Assembly (NCBI GenBank): GCA_024137785.1
Contig: JAHRHZ010000003.1
Span: 8,725,854 to 8,789,853, forward strand
Length of the DNA: 64,000 nucleotides
Reading direction: 5' to 3'
Source of the DNA: Ginglymostoma cirratum
Lineage: Eukaryota
Positions 1 through 50,677 of this stretch are shown here, piece by piece (positions within the stretch are counted from its first letter, which is position 1; each line of letters opens with the position of its first letter). Under the pieces are notes generated by a model. The model was given only the letters and a program-made list of their open reading frames with translations. It was not told where the DNA came from and made no database searches. A program made the position numbers and the translations under genes.

Positions 1-904
1 ACACACCCTGGCTAGGGTTAATTTCAATAAAATAATTTCACAGGTGATGTTTCTCCAGTCTAGAAAAGAATATGAAGAGAAATTTCTGGGGGGGAGAGAG
101 AGAGAGAACTCCAGCTTGTTGCTGTGGCTAAGAGGCATGAAACAGATTGCACAAGCAGCTTCAAAACCCAAGCAACTGAAAGCTAAATTTAGTCCCTGGT
201 TTTGTGGGAGCCTGACTCCACTCGTTCATGCTGCTTGTATTGTTCTAACTTCAAAAACAAAAGGGTGTCACAAACTGTTTACTTTGCTAGCATGGAAAAG
301 AAAACTTGACACTTCTGGTTCAAAAGCTCTCTTCAAAAAACACAAGCCAAAATAAATCCCTCAAAGCCATCATATTGTCACAATGTCACATTCCTGAATA
401 TGGCTTTGTAATATGCAGTTGTCCTAATACATGCAATAGCAGCAACATGGAATGCTTGCTTTCCATCAAAACATGTTACATCTTGAGGATGTAAACCATA
501 TGCTTGGCAAAACTCTCTATGGTTCAGTACAAAACTAATTCCTGTCCTAAATATGTGAATTGGCAAATCCTAACCTGTAACTCCTCATCAGAGTTTTGAA
601 ATTTAACTAGTCATCCTTGTCACAGTGTGAATTTATGGAGTAAATACCAGTTATTGGGTGGTGGGAATCAGTTTTTGTTGGCCACTGGATTTGTGAAGGT
701 ATTTTCAGATTACTTAAACCCAATCCCCCAATGCATTTTAATTTCCTCCTTGAAAAGCACTTGATTTGTGATTTTTGACTTTGGATTAACCAGCCTTGCA
801 ATATCATCAAATGATTTATGCACTATGGAACTGCACTTGGGCACGTGGCTATTTCAAATGAAGAGGTCGGTTTGAAGGCAGAGAAGGCAACAAACAGACA
901 CTGC

Positions 905-1521
905 ATAACAAGCATGGGGCTGGATGAACACAGCAGGTCAAGCAGCATCATAGGAGCAGGAAAACTTGACGTTTCNNNNNNNNNNNNNNNNNNNNNNNNN
1001 NNNNNNNNNNNNNNNNNNNNNNNNNNNNNNNNNNNNNNNNNNNNNNNNNNNNNNNNNNNNNNNNNNNNNNNNNNNNNNNNNNNNNNNNNNNNNNNNNNNN
1101 NNNNNNNNNNNNNNNNNNNNNNNNNNNNNNNNNNNNNNNNNNNNNNNNNNNNNNNNNNNNNNNNNNNNNNNNNNNNNNNNNNNNNNNNNNNNNNNNNNNN
1201 NNNNNNNNNNNNNNNNNNNNNNNNNNNNNNNNNNNNNNNNNNNNNNNNNNNNNNNNNNNNNNNNNNNNNNNNNNNNNNNNNNNNNNNNNNNNNNNNNNNN
1301 NNNNNNNNNNNNNNNNNNNNNNNNNNNNNNNNNNNNNNNNNNNNNNNNNNNNNNNNNNNNNNNNNNNNNNNNNNNGTGAGGACGAGGGGGATTCTTTTTT
1401 GATTATTGTTGTGGGGACGGGGCGTGAGGGATGTGTTCCGGGAAATGCGGGAGACACTGTCGAGGGCGTTCTCGACCACTGTAGGGGGGAAGTTGCGGTC
1501 CTTGAAGAATGAAACAGACAC
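905..1521 (-). mobile_element. Penelope-like retroelement 3' fragment spanning an assembly gap
   Basis: 1376-1521 (-) encodes SFFKDRNFPPTVVENALDSVSRISRNTSLTPRPHNNNQKRIPLVL, resembling the Penelope RT-to-GIY-YIG linker. 905-975 (-) is the pLTR tail GAAACGTCAAGTTTTTCCTGCTCCTATGATGCTGC, also seen at 9372, 12570 and 55600. Confidence 0.75.
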
Positions 1522-1832
1522 TGCATGTTTTGATCAGGTAGAATACTGTGACAGTAAGCATTTTAAAATCAATTCCAGCATTGTTTACCCACAAACATGT
1601 TTTATATTGTTTGCCAGTTGTTTCGAGGTGTGAGCTGAGATGGTGCAGGAAACAAAATGTAGACATTTTCTCATCAGTATGTTCAGATGTTGTTGTATAT
1701 TTGTGGGGTGGCTGGGATTTGACCCCAGACGTCCTCATGCACAGGGAGGGACAGTACCACAAAGCCCAAGTTTAGACTTGTGTGGAGGTAGCATTGCTGA
1801 TGTTTCAATGAATCTCTGTTCATATGTTTTAG

Positions 1833-5120
<3,288 letters not shown>

Positions 5121-5669
5121 ATGTGCTGAAGAACTGCCTAACCACCACCTATATTAAGGGCAGTGTTGCTGTGGTTATGCCCCTGTGCTTAGAGAATTCA
5201 TTTGGATCATTGAGTTCTGTAAAATGGAAGTTAAAGCCATCACTTGGATCTTGAAGACATCAGTGTACATTTCAATAGAGTCCAACTTGACCGTGTTATA
5301 GAAATGCAAATTTTTGTTTGTTTTTTTTTGTCCTTGACCTTGTACAAGTTACTTTGAATTTGAGAGCCATTGTCAAATGCTTTTTGTACAGTAAATTCAT
5401 TGCATGTTTTTTAATTAATAAGGCGTACTGCTATTTAATACTGTGAACTATGAACTGGAGGAGCTTCTTTGACATTTGATACTTGAAATAAGTATGCATA
5501 AAGCACTGAAGTTGTGACTGACCCACTTGTATGTCCGCTTGAAGCAATGTCAAGGTACCAAAGAGTGAGGCAATCAAGTGCAAACTTCAAACTTAGTTTT
5601 TTTACAAGTCTTCCATTTTAAACCTGACATAATCAAGAAACATCTATCTGTAATTTAAGTTACATCTTT

Positions 5670-5675
5670 AATAAA
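5670..5675 (+). promoter_or_regulatory. Candidate poly(A) signal of SLC20A1
   Basis: AATAAA about 550 nt after the stop, followed by T/GT-rich sequence. Confidence 0.55.
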
Positions 5676-6929
5676 GATTAGCACGCCTTGCATGACTTGG
5701 TTTTTCATTGATGTTTGTTTTTGCCAAGTTGCAGTCGTCATTGCAGAATATGTATTGACATTAAGTGGTATAGTCTATGAGGTGCCCATGGATAAATGGG
5801 ACGAAATGGCGACCCAACTTGAGTGCACCTCTGTGCATGAAGGCAAATCCAGCTGTTCAAGGTCAAAATTGGAAGCAGTTGGAGAATTGACACTGAATTA
5901 AGTGGGATTGAGGTAATAGTTTGGACACTGCTGTACACAAGTTATCGTTTTTTTTTTGTGTGAAACATTCAAATGCAGTCACCAAACATTTGCTAAGTAA
6001 AGCTGTGGACTTGAAGATCACCAAGATAAACAGACAGTGGATGCTCATGATACATAGCTTTCCTAATTGCTGAACAACATTAATATCAAGTATGACCTGA
6101 ATACGTGCACACCCTTGCTTAGTGATAATACTTGGGCAAGTGGAGAATTGAAAAATAGTCTGACGGAACAATAAATATTTAAGTAAGATTTCAGTCAGTT
6201 CTTCGAAGGCTATTTTAACTAGATAAGACATTGAGTACGTATCCATGGCCACGTGACTCTCGATAAAACCGAATGGTGCCTTGTGCTTATAAGAAAATGT
6301 TCAACAATATCACAAAATATGATGCAAATGACAAACATAAAATTGTATAACACAAATTGTTGGATAGTTCATTATTGAGGAGTTAGACAAATTGATGAAT
6401 ATATTCTATCAAAACATAGCGATTATCGGCAAGTTTGATTGTGAATTCTCAACCACTATACATCTGTCTGCACCAGATACGCAAAACTTGTACAATTTAC
6501 TGGTGAACTCTGAAACAAAGAAGATTGTTCTGAAGCTTTCTATTCATAAATGCTACATTCATCTGAATTATCTTACATATAGTTGCACATTATGAAGTAG
6601 GGAACAGAAAAAGAACCAGGTTCAAGATCCCACTAACTTGTGAACAATATAATTTTACTCATTTATGTGGAAGACAAATTAACAGATATCCCAGTAAACA
6701 ACTGTACTTCAAAACTTAATTCAATAACATTCCAACAGTTATTTTCCCAAAATAACTATTTCAACTACATTTTAGGACCTAATTTAATATATCTATGGCA
6801 AATATTGACAAACCTATAATTTTAACACATCTAAAAAGTGACTAATTCATGTATTATTCATTGATATTCCACGTGGTCATCATTCAGAACCAAAGAGTTC
6901 AAGTAGTTGATACAAACATTTCTTCTTCC

Positions 6930-8340
6930 AAGAGCAGGGCCACATTCTTTGGGAACTGGGCTGACTGATCCTTTATCCCTTCACCTTCAGGACAGATTAC
7001 TGAAGGTGCTGGGAATATGGTTTGGAGGGACCAGGGTATGTACAAAAACTTGGGAGACACACATCGGCAAAGCAAGGCACAAACAGGGCTTCGGGGAGCA
7101 CTGCTCCCTTTCCATTGCAGGTAAAAACCTGGTCATCAGGTTTGAGGTACTCTCAGTATTGCTGAGAAGTCGGGCCCATTTCCTGAACCTGCACCTTCGG
7201 CCGGAGGTCAAAGATGGACCATGTCCAAAGGCGCATCATGTACAAATCTCTAGATAAGAGGAGGGAAACCGTACCCATTATCCTCATCCTGACAGGCACC
7301 TTTGTGTGTGGCCACATCAAGCTTGTGCGTAGACCTTCGGTATGCAAATGCCAAATCTCACTATGTTCTGAGGTTCGACTTGTGAAGGACAGGTCTGGCT
7401 GCGGCACCACGGAACACTCCAAGTAGTTGGACCATTCTGTATTGTCAGTCCTTTGTAGAGAACTCGGGAAATAAAAACACCTTTGACCACAAGTCCAGCA
7501 GGAAGATGTCAGCACGTAGCATTTTTGAGACCCTGCGTGAAAAGGAGAGGGTGGGTTCTGTTGTATGGTTCCCTGAGCAGACTGTCAAAATCATCTGGCA
7601 GAATACCTCATTGCCAGAACTTTCCAACAAGCACAAGATATAGCTGGGCTGGTGGTGAGAAGGGGATTGCCTGTCAGAACCTTCATGCATACCCGGTATC
7701 TGTGCCACGTGACATGCTGTCCTTGAAGAAGCTACACTGGCTAGTAGACTGTCACACATCTGGAATGTGCCTTTGCAAAGAAGGTCTGGAGAGAGATGCT
7801 ATGGTTTTTGTTATGGTTCATCCCGAGCCGCTCCAGGACCCAGTACTCTATGCTCCATGGACTGTTCCCTCCAATGCACGCTGAGACAAAAATTGACTGT
7901 GCCTCTTGAACAACAACTTGGTGAAACACGCTCTTTGGTCTGCCCAAAATTTATTGGTCTTCCAGAGCCAGGAGTTGATCTCGACCAAGGGATGCAGACT
8001 AGCACACTCCAAAGTCCAGAACTATGTGCTGTGGGATGCACTGAAGCTTGGAGCTGCCACTTCCAAGGCACAGTGGGGAGACACCACCATCAAAAATCTT
8101 TCTGCTGAAGTACAATGGGGGTTCATTCAGTTATCAGACCCTCCGTGTGCCTTAATGTATTTAAATATAGTCATGTATAAGTAAGAAATGCCTTGGTTTT
8201 TCCTCAACCTGCAAGGAATGCTAAATTCCAATATTTGTTTATTTCATGTGCAAAGACTGTACAAAATGCTCCAACAACTACGTACTCATATCAAATTTTT
8301 TTAATGAATAAAGTATGTTTTTGCAATACATTAAAAAAAT
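6930..8340 (+). mobile_element. Tx1/L1-clade LINE, frameshifted 3' part of ORF2 plus tail
   Basis: Peptides LKVLGIWFGG...HCSLSIAGKNLVIRFEVLSVLL and NLVKHALWSAQNLLVFQ...RLAHSKVQNYVLWDALKLGAA are typical of the post-RT region of this clade. The element ends with AATAAA (8307) and an A-tract. Confidence 0.75.
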
Positions 8341-8379
8341 TTCTCTGACTGCAGTTTCAGTTCAAAATTTACAGAGGTA

Positions 8380-8690
8380 ATATCAGTCCCAGGCATTTAA
8401 AAGCATGGGGATCAATGGCAGAGTAATTAAAATGGGGGTTGCACAAGAGGGAACAACTGGAGGAATGCAAAGATCTTGAATGTTTATCAGATTGAAGAAG
8501 GTGGAAAGGCTAGGAAAGAATTTCAATCTGTGTGAGAATTTTAAAATTAGGGTTCTGCTCGACTGGGACCGAATGCAACTCAGCAAGCACAGCAGCATCA
8601 TCAAAATCCCCTCAAACCTTGCTTTGCCATTCAGTGCAATCATGCCTAATCTCAATTCCCTTACTTTCTTAACTTCCTGAAAGATAAAAT
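8380..8690 (-). mobile_element. L2-like LINE 3' fragment
   Basis: Decayed minus-strand peptide (RTLILKFSHRLKFFPSL region) resembling the L2 ORF2 C-terminus. Confidence 0.4.
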
Positions 8691-8990
8691 GCTATTTACC
8701 TCAGCCATAAATGTGTTCAGTGATAATGTACCCAAAGCCCTGTGCATGGACAATTCCAAAAATTCACAATGTTTGATTGACCATTTCTCCTTGTCTCAGT
8801 CACAAATGATCATAGCCTTTATCAACAGATTCCCCATCCAGGAGAAACACTCTCTCAATGTCGAGTCTGTCAAGCATATCAGAATTTTCTTTAGTTTAAT
8901 GAGATTACCTCCCCAGATATTTTGTGTCCATTTTAACTAACTTCTTATTCAAACAACCTTCTCAACTGACAAGCCAATATACTGAATCAG
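8690..8990 (-). mobile_element. Degenerate CR1-type LINE fragment
   Basis: Reverse complement GGGGAGGTAATCTCATTAAACT...AATTCTGATATGCTTGACAGACT resembles the RGDLIETYKI region of the intact copy at 43500-43570. Confidence 0.5.
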
Positions 8991-9049
8991 GAGCTGATCT
9001 TTGTGATGAAGACGATACGCATTAAGGAGGTCAACCCAGTTAGGTAACA

Positions 9050-9170
9050 AAGAACAGTGCAAACAATAACTGAAAATCTTGGAAAAACTCACCAGGTCTG
9101 GCAGCCTGTGTGGAGACAGACGCTTTTAACATTTTGAGTTCAATATTACTCTTCCTCAGAACTGCTGCTA
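9050..9170 (-). mobile_element. Penelope pLTR remnant with a decayed hammerhead motif
   Basis: Minus strand reads CTGAGGA-AGAGT..ACTC-AAAATGTTA followed by CTGCCAGACCTGGTGAGTTTTTCCA; same family as 26633-26716. Confidence 0.6.
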
Positions 9171-9316
9171 ACAATTGTCAACAAATATGAGTAATTTTTC
9201 CAATCTGAACAAGACCTGAAAGTAGCACCAATGACATCATCACTGAGTTAGAGAAAGAATTGTATGTGGGGGGTCTTATTAGGTCTGGAACAAAGAATAT
9301 TCCATTTTTCAGTGCT

Positions 9317-9445
9317 CTTCCCCTCCCCCATTTCTGATGAAGGGTCTCGGCCCGAAACGTCNNNNNNNNNNAACGTCAAGCTTTCCTGCTCCTATGATGC
9401 TGCTTGGCCTGCTGTGTTGATCCAGCTTCACACCTTGTTATCACT
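9317..9445 (+). mobile_element. Penelope pLTR insertion with hammerhead core and 19-bp target-site duplication
   Basis: CTGATGA-AGGGTCTCGGCCC-GAAACGTC at 9334-9361. Flanked by TATTCCATTTTTCAGTGCT (9298-9316) and TATTCCATATTTCAGTCCT (9446-9464). Confidence 0.8.
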
Positions 9446-9453
9446 TATTCCAT

Positions 9454-9935
9454 ATTTCAGTCCTGGGTTCGTACTTTAATCTCTCTTTTCCCTATTGCAC
9501 CTCTTAATATCACTTATCTTCTGGACGAATAGTAATCTTTCCACATCTCCCGACTTTAGCAATTTTTTTCCCTTATATTTTCAATATGTTTTCCAGCGAT
9601 TTCTGCTTCTTTTCTCCTGTGAAATTCAGAGTCTGCAAGAAAAATTCTGCTCAGTGCAGTCGTTGACTGCTTTGTCTTCATTCTTAAAACCATAAGACCA
9701 TTCGAAAGAGAAACAGGAGTAGGCCATTCGGCCCCTCGAATTTGCTGCGCCACTCGATGGGATCATGATTGATCTGACACTCCTCACATCCACTTTCCTG
9801 CGTTTTCCCTAAAACCCTTGATAGCCCTACTGATCAAGAATCCATCTGAGCTTTAAATATAGGGTTCTGTGGCATACTGGTAGTGTCCCCACCTCTGAGC
9901 CAGGAGACCCAGGTTGACTTTCCACCTGCTCGACT
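9454..9935. repeat. Left arm of a ~480-bp inverted duplication
   Basis: Reverse complement of 12803-13275. Conceptual translations 9495-9695(+) and 13039-13233(-) are near-identical. Confidence 0.92.
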
Positions 9936-9954
9936 AGAGCAGGCAAACTGAGAC

Positions 9955-10410
9955 CCAGTGTAGTTACCCATAGCCACACTTTTGACACAGACAAGCTGAA
10001 TGAGATGAATTGAGGAAGTGAGGACAAACTCAGCAAGACAAAGGAGGGTGGTGATGCAAGGAGACACTTCATGCCTCTTTTCAAGAAAGAACAGAGAGCC
10101 TTCAAACCATCCAGATATGGGACGTACAGATATGGGACAGCAATCCTTTTGAAAAGGAGACATCGAGGGTCAGAAAACTGGAAATTGCAGAAGCAGTGTA
10201 AAGCAGCAGAAGATTTATGCATGAAAATATGGAGAGACTGAATCAAGGAGAGAAAAAAAATCAGTCAAGACCGGAAGCAATAGAATTATTGGTCAAGTAG
10301 AGGCTGAAATGATGGGTTTGCCAGGCCCATCCTGTTGCGTATTTTGGGAAGCAGGCAGATGCGAGCTATGCATGATTCTGGGACAATGAGGTTTATGGCT
10401 CAGAGACTGG
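9955..10410 (-). mobile_element. Penelope-like reverse transcriptase core fragment (decayed)
   Basis: Peptides LIVP...LLPKI, ALHCFCNFQF..PRCLLF, DGLKALCSFL and TTLLCLAEFVLT...KSVAMG match Penelope RT motifs (LPKIHK; TLLRLAELVLT; GVAMG). Confidence 0.75.
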
Positions 10411-10429
10411 GCTCATTGCAGGGACTGAT

Positions 10430-10620
10430 GATAGCACTTGTTCCCAACATTTAGTTGCAAAAAAAATTCTGTGAATTCAATACTTGATGTCAGGCAAGAA
10501 CTGCAACAATCATAGAGAGTAGAAGCATCGAAAACTATGGTGAGGTGGAGCTTGGTGTTGTTGACATATGTATTGAACCTCAGTATTTTCAATAATGTTA
10601 CAGTTCTTGGGGAGGAGTCA
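10430..10620 (-). mobile_element. L2-like RT fragment
   Basis: LRFNTYVNNTKLHL resembles a decayed FHMYADDTQLYL motif. Confidence 0.45.
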
Positions 10621-12254
10621 GGGCAAGGATGGCCCCTTGAGGGACTTTCACTAACCAAGAAACATCCTTCCGTCATGCCACCAGGGATAGATAATCAGTA
10701 AAATTATATTTGTGGCTAACTCTGGCTTTAAGTAATTTATAAACTTGAATTGGAGCATCAGTTTCCTGTTAGATGAATGGTCCATTATTTTGCTTGAGTT
10801 AAACTTGAATACACGCTTTGTATTTCTTAAAAAAGTAGCTTCCTTTTGATTGCATTGCAACATCATCGTACTTTGGAAAACAGATTGCTCATGTTACAGG
10901 AATCTCATTTGCATTGATATACGAACTTTACAACAGATAAGAGGATCGAAATTATAGACTCATAAATGATATTTATTGGTTTTATTCAAATTGCAAGTCA
11001 AGTTGGGGTCTGACCTCTATCTATACAAATTCACCTTTGAACAGATATATATGCAGGCACAGACTGCTTTATTTGAGAGGATCAACAAACATATTTCAAG
11101 ACCAGTCTAGGATAATTTCAGGGTAAAGTAGCCATCTGTTAAATTATTTAGTTTGTACTAGGAACTGAATTGTATTTACATTCAAAACATCTAAAATATC
11201 AACACTGGAGATGGCACGTTGCAGTAAATTCAACAAACCTATGCACAGACCTGGCCCACGTTGATGCAAGAACTACAGGTTTAAGTGGCATTAATAGTTA
11301 AATATCCAGCAATTTTTTAAAAAATTGTAATTAACCTTATTCCCAGTCCTGTTGATTTTCAATACAAAAGGCTGACTGTAATTCAACCTATTTTGTCAGC
11401 AGTCATTTCACTAACTGGGTGGAGACATTAGTTTTTTGCTATTTTGTTCAAAAATTATCAAACATTATATATTTAAGACTTCAAATTCAACCCTGTAAAG
11501 TATGGATGAAGTGTTCTCAAGAATTTACTTGTATTTCCAATGCACTGGCAACAAACAGAAGCAATCATGACAGCAAATAAACATACCTGAACATATTAAA
11601 TTCCAAGAATGACTACAGATGCAAATGTAAGGAAAATTTTGTATTTGCAGTTCAAAAGATTCCAAAAAATTACTTTGCGTTATGTGTTTATGCATCCTTC
11701 CCATTATGCGCATTGGACTTGGCGTATCATCTATGCCTACGTCTCATGAACGAATTGAAAAAAATGCCCAACGACACTTGGATCCCAAACGACAATGTAT
11801 TGGACTGTTGGATGAATTTAGACTTCAGAAAAAATAAATGCTCGAAGGAGAAAGATGCTTGGAAGAGTGAGCAAAGGGCCTTGAAATCGCTTCAAACATT
11901 GAACAAAATCATGTATGAAAAGCAATGCTGATTCCATGTTAACAAATGAAATTGTATGAAAGTGGGGGAAAAGGCAATTTTATTTGTAACACAACAAGAA
12001 ACTAGAACACATTGAGATAAGGTACCAACAATATAGGCAGAAAGAGGGAAAACATTCTGCTGAGCTAATATGAGCATCTTGGGTTTAAATTGTAAGGCAC
12101 AAACAAATTGATGATAATCTTGGATTACTGTATTTGCCATGAGCTAACTGGCACAGGATCAATGAGATTAAAGACATATACATGTGACTCAAAGATAGGT
12201 GTGGGAAAAACGGGTTCAAATTCATGGGATATTGGCACCAGTGGTGGGGAAGCA

Positions 12255-12432
12255 CCATAAGATCATAAGTTATAGGAGCAGAATTAGCCCACTGTACCTG
12301 CTCTGCCATTCAATTGTGTCTGATATGTTTCTCAAACCCAATCTACTGCCTTCTCCCCATAACCTTTGATCACTGTACCAATCAAGAATCTATCTCTGTC
12401 TTAAAGAGACACAATGACTTTGCCTCCACAGC
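12255..12432 (-). mobile_element. CR1/HER1-type LINE 3' tail
   Basis: CATAAGATCATAAGTTATAGGAGCAGAATTAG is the reverse complement of the CR1 tail seen at 43860-43907. Confidence 0.7.
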
Positions 12433-13035
12433 TACTCATTGAAGTTTAGAAGAATGAGAGGTGATGTCATTGAAACATATCAGATTCTTAAAGTGCTTGA
12501 CAGGGTAATTCCTGCGAGGAGATCTCCTGTCATGAGACAGTCGAGGACTAGAGGGCGGGGATAAACCCGAACATCAAGCTTTCCCGCTCCTATGATGCTG
12601 CTTGGCCTGCTGTGTTCATCCAGCCCCACACCTTGTTATCTCGAGGACTACAGGGCATAGTGTCAGAATAAAGGAATGTCAACTGAAGACTGATTTGAGC
12701 AAGAATTTCTTCTCTCAGAAGGTTGCAAATCTTCAGAATTCCTTGCCAAAGAGAGCAGTCCTTGTGGAGGCATTTTCTAATCAACCTGTTCAGAGAGGTT
12801 ACTGGAGCAGGTGGAATGTGAACCTGGGTCTCCTGGCTCAGAGGTAGGTACACTGCCAGTGTGCCACAGAACACTATATTTAAGGCTCAAATGGATGCTT
12901 GATCAGTAGGGGTATCAAGGGTTTTGGGGAAAGTGGATGTGAGGAGTGTCAAATCAATCATGATCCCATCGACTGGCGCAACAGACTCGAAGGACCGAAT
13001 GGTTTACTCCTGTTCCTCTTTCGAATGGTCTTATG
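12433..13035 (+). mobile_element. CR1/HER1-type LINE 3' end interrupted by a Penelope pLTR fragment (12557-12640) and a short tRNA-SINE (~12762-12872, -)
   Basis: Encodes YSLKFRRMRGDVIETYQIL and KNFFSQKV. The pLTR piece is flanked by TCGAGGACTAGAGGGC (12541-12556) and TCGAGGACTACAGGGC (12641-12656). The SINE head has A/B-box-like TGGCACACTGG and GGTTCACATTCC. Confidence 0.8.
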
Positions 13036-13275
13036 ATTTTAAGAATGAAGACAAAGAAGACAAAATGACTGCACTGAGCAGAATTTTTCTTGCAGACTCT
13101 GAATTTCACAGGAGAAAAGAAGCAGAGATCGCTGGAAAATATATCGAAAATATAAGGGAGAAAAATTGCTAAAGTCGGGAGATGTGGAGAGATTACTATT
13201 CGTCCAGAAGACAAGTGATATTAAGAAGTGCAATAGGGAACAGAGAGATTAAAGCGGCGAAGCCAGCACTGAAAT
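12803..13275. repeat. Right arm of the ~480-bp inverted duplication
   Basis: Reverse complement of 9454-9935. Confidence 0.92.
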
Positions 13276-13879
13276 GCCTTTTTTTTTGGCCTGGAAGCAA
13301 ACAGTATGAATAATTCTAGCAGCCTAAAGTAACAGAAAGTTCCGGCATCTATTTTCATGTTCGACAGGTTGGGGAGAGCTCGTGCCCTCTAATGGTGTCA
13401 AAAAGCTCATTGCGTCCCATTCAACCTTCCCTGTCCTGACTCCAGTTGGCCAAGTCTCCAACTGATGCGGGACAAGCAGTGATGCCCGGTTTCTGCCCCT
13501 CGCAATAAAGAACAACGGACCAATTTAACTGCCCGATCTCCCCCCAGATGGAGGGAAGGGTAAAAGAAATGGTGGGTAAAGTGTCTAAAATGGCGGATGA
13601 CAGCAGCTGCTATCTTACAGGGGAGTGAGATTACCGTTGTTTACGGTGGCGACTGAATGAAAAAAATAAATAAAAAGTAAACAATACTGGCCATGTATAA
13701 GCACCTCACCCGTCGCCAAAGATAAAACTAAACTCACACCATGTGAAACGATGCCGGTGGAGGACGGAGGATTTCCCGTTCCCATGGAGAGCGTTGGGCT
13801 TTGACCCGGAAGGCGAATTCGCGGCGGCCGGAGGTCAGGTTCGAGTGCCATCCGGCGGCGAAGGCTTCGCCGAGCAGCC

Positions 13880-49561
<35,682 letters not shown>

Positions 49562-49894
49562 GTGTGATCTGTGTCATTGTAAAAACTTCTCTGAAGATCT
49601 TCAATGATGGAGAGATGGATACATGCTATTCTTCTGCGAGGGAGCATGTTCATTCTAAGCAACATCGCTTGACACTTCTGTTCAGTCTCTACAGTTTAGA
49701 GCAACGATTTTGAATGTAGAGTTGCAATAGTTTCATTTGTTATAGATGTTTTACGAATTGTAGTTGGATCAAGGTTTGGCGACCTGCATATTTTTTTTAA
49801 ATCCTTATATGCCCCTTGGTAATGTACAGTTTTTAAGTTTTGTTCAGTCTGAAGCGAACTGAAACCTTAATTATTGTGATGAAATGTTGGCCAG

Positions 49895-49900
49895 AATAAA
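49895..49900 (+). promoter_or_regulatory. Candidate poly(A) signal of SNRNP200
   Basis: AATAAA about 335 nt after the stop, with a GT-rich tract downstream. Confidence 0.65.
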
Positions 49901-50677
49901 TGTTTAATATTAAATCCACTGGTTTCTCTTACAATCACTAGTGTTTCAAGTGACAATTCCCACATTAGTCCTCGTGCCCTGTTCAGCTGTTAGCGGTCCC
50001 TTGTATCCAGTTCCTTTGCATTTCTTTCATGAGAAGGATTGTAGATTATGACTGAACTTTACGGAAGCTACACATTCAGAAATTGGATCAGTGTGATTCA
50101 GTTTGAAACTTTGTGTCAAGAACTGTGAATTGGTAACTACCAGTTTATAATTCTCAGAAACAAATGGAATGATTCAGCACTCTTTCCTCCTTTCTCACTG
50201 AAGGTCATCTATGATGTTGAAGTCTTAGTTAAAATTAACACACCCCTAAACAAATCTGTCACAGGGCTATATGCAGGAGCTGGAAACAGTTCAAGAACCT
50301 GCCCACAACCCTCCAGCCATCACACAGCATTAAAAAATAGAAGATTTGAACTGCAACTGAACATGATCACATCGAATGTTGTAGTGCAGACTTATGCAAG
50401 GGAAAAACTGTAGAAACCAGAGGACTAGTACTATTTTACTTGTTTGATGACGTCTGTCAGAATGCACAAATACCATTTGCAAGTTAAGTATTCATCCCAA
50501 TCAGAGAAAGCTTAAAAATCTGCAGAATTTGTTTCAAATCTCAGATGCACATCTGAAGAATCTACTAACAATGTGTACCACTTATTTGTGTACAAGTCTA
50601 AACATATATACTAAGTAATTTTGATTGTCTTCCAAAACATATAAACAAATTGATTTTAATTGTTAAGTTCTATACAA

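Noticed and set aside
818-1526. Long ORFs across the N-run (also 55108-55662)
   Set aside because: Artefacts of translating gaps.
9495-9695. Near-identical small ORF pair (with 13039-13233) as a gene family
   Set aside because: A by-product of the inverted duplication; non-ATG starts and no coding signature.
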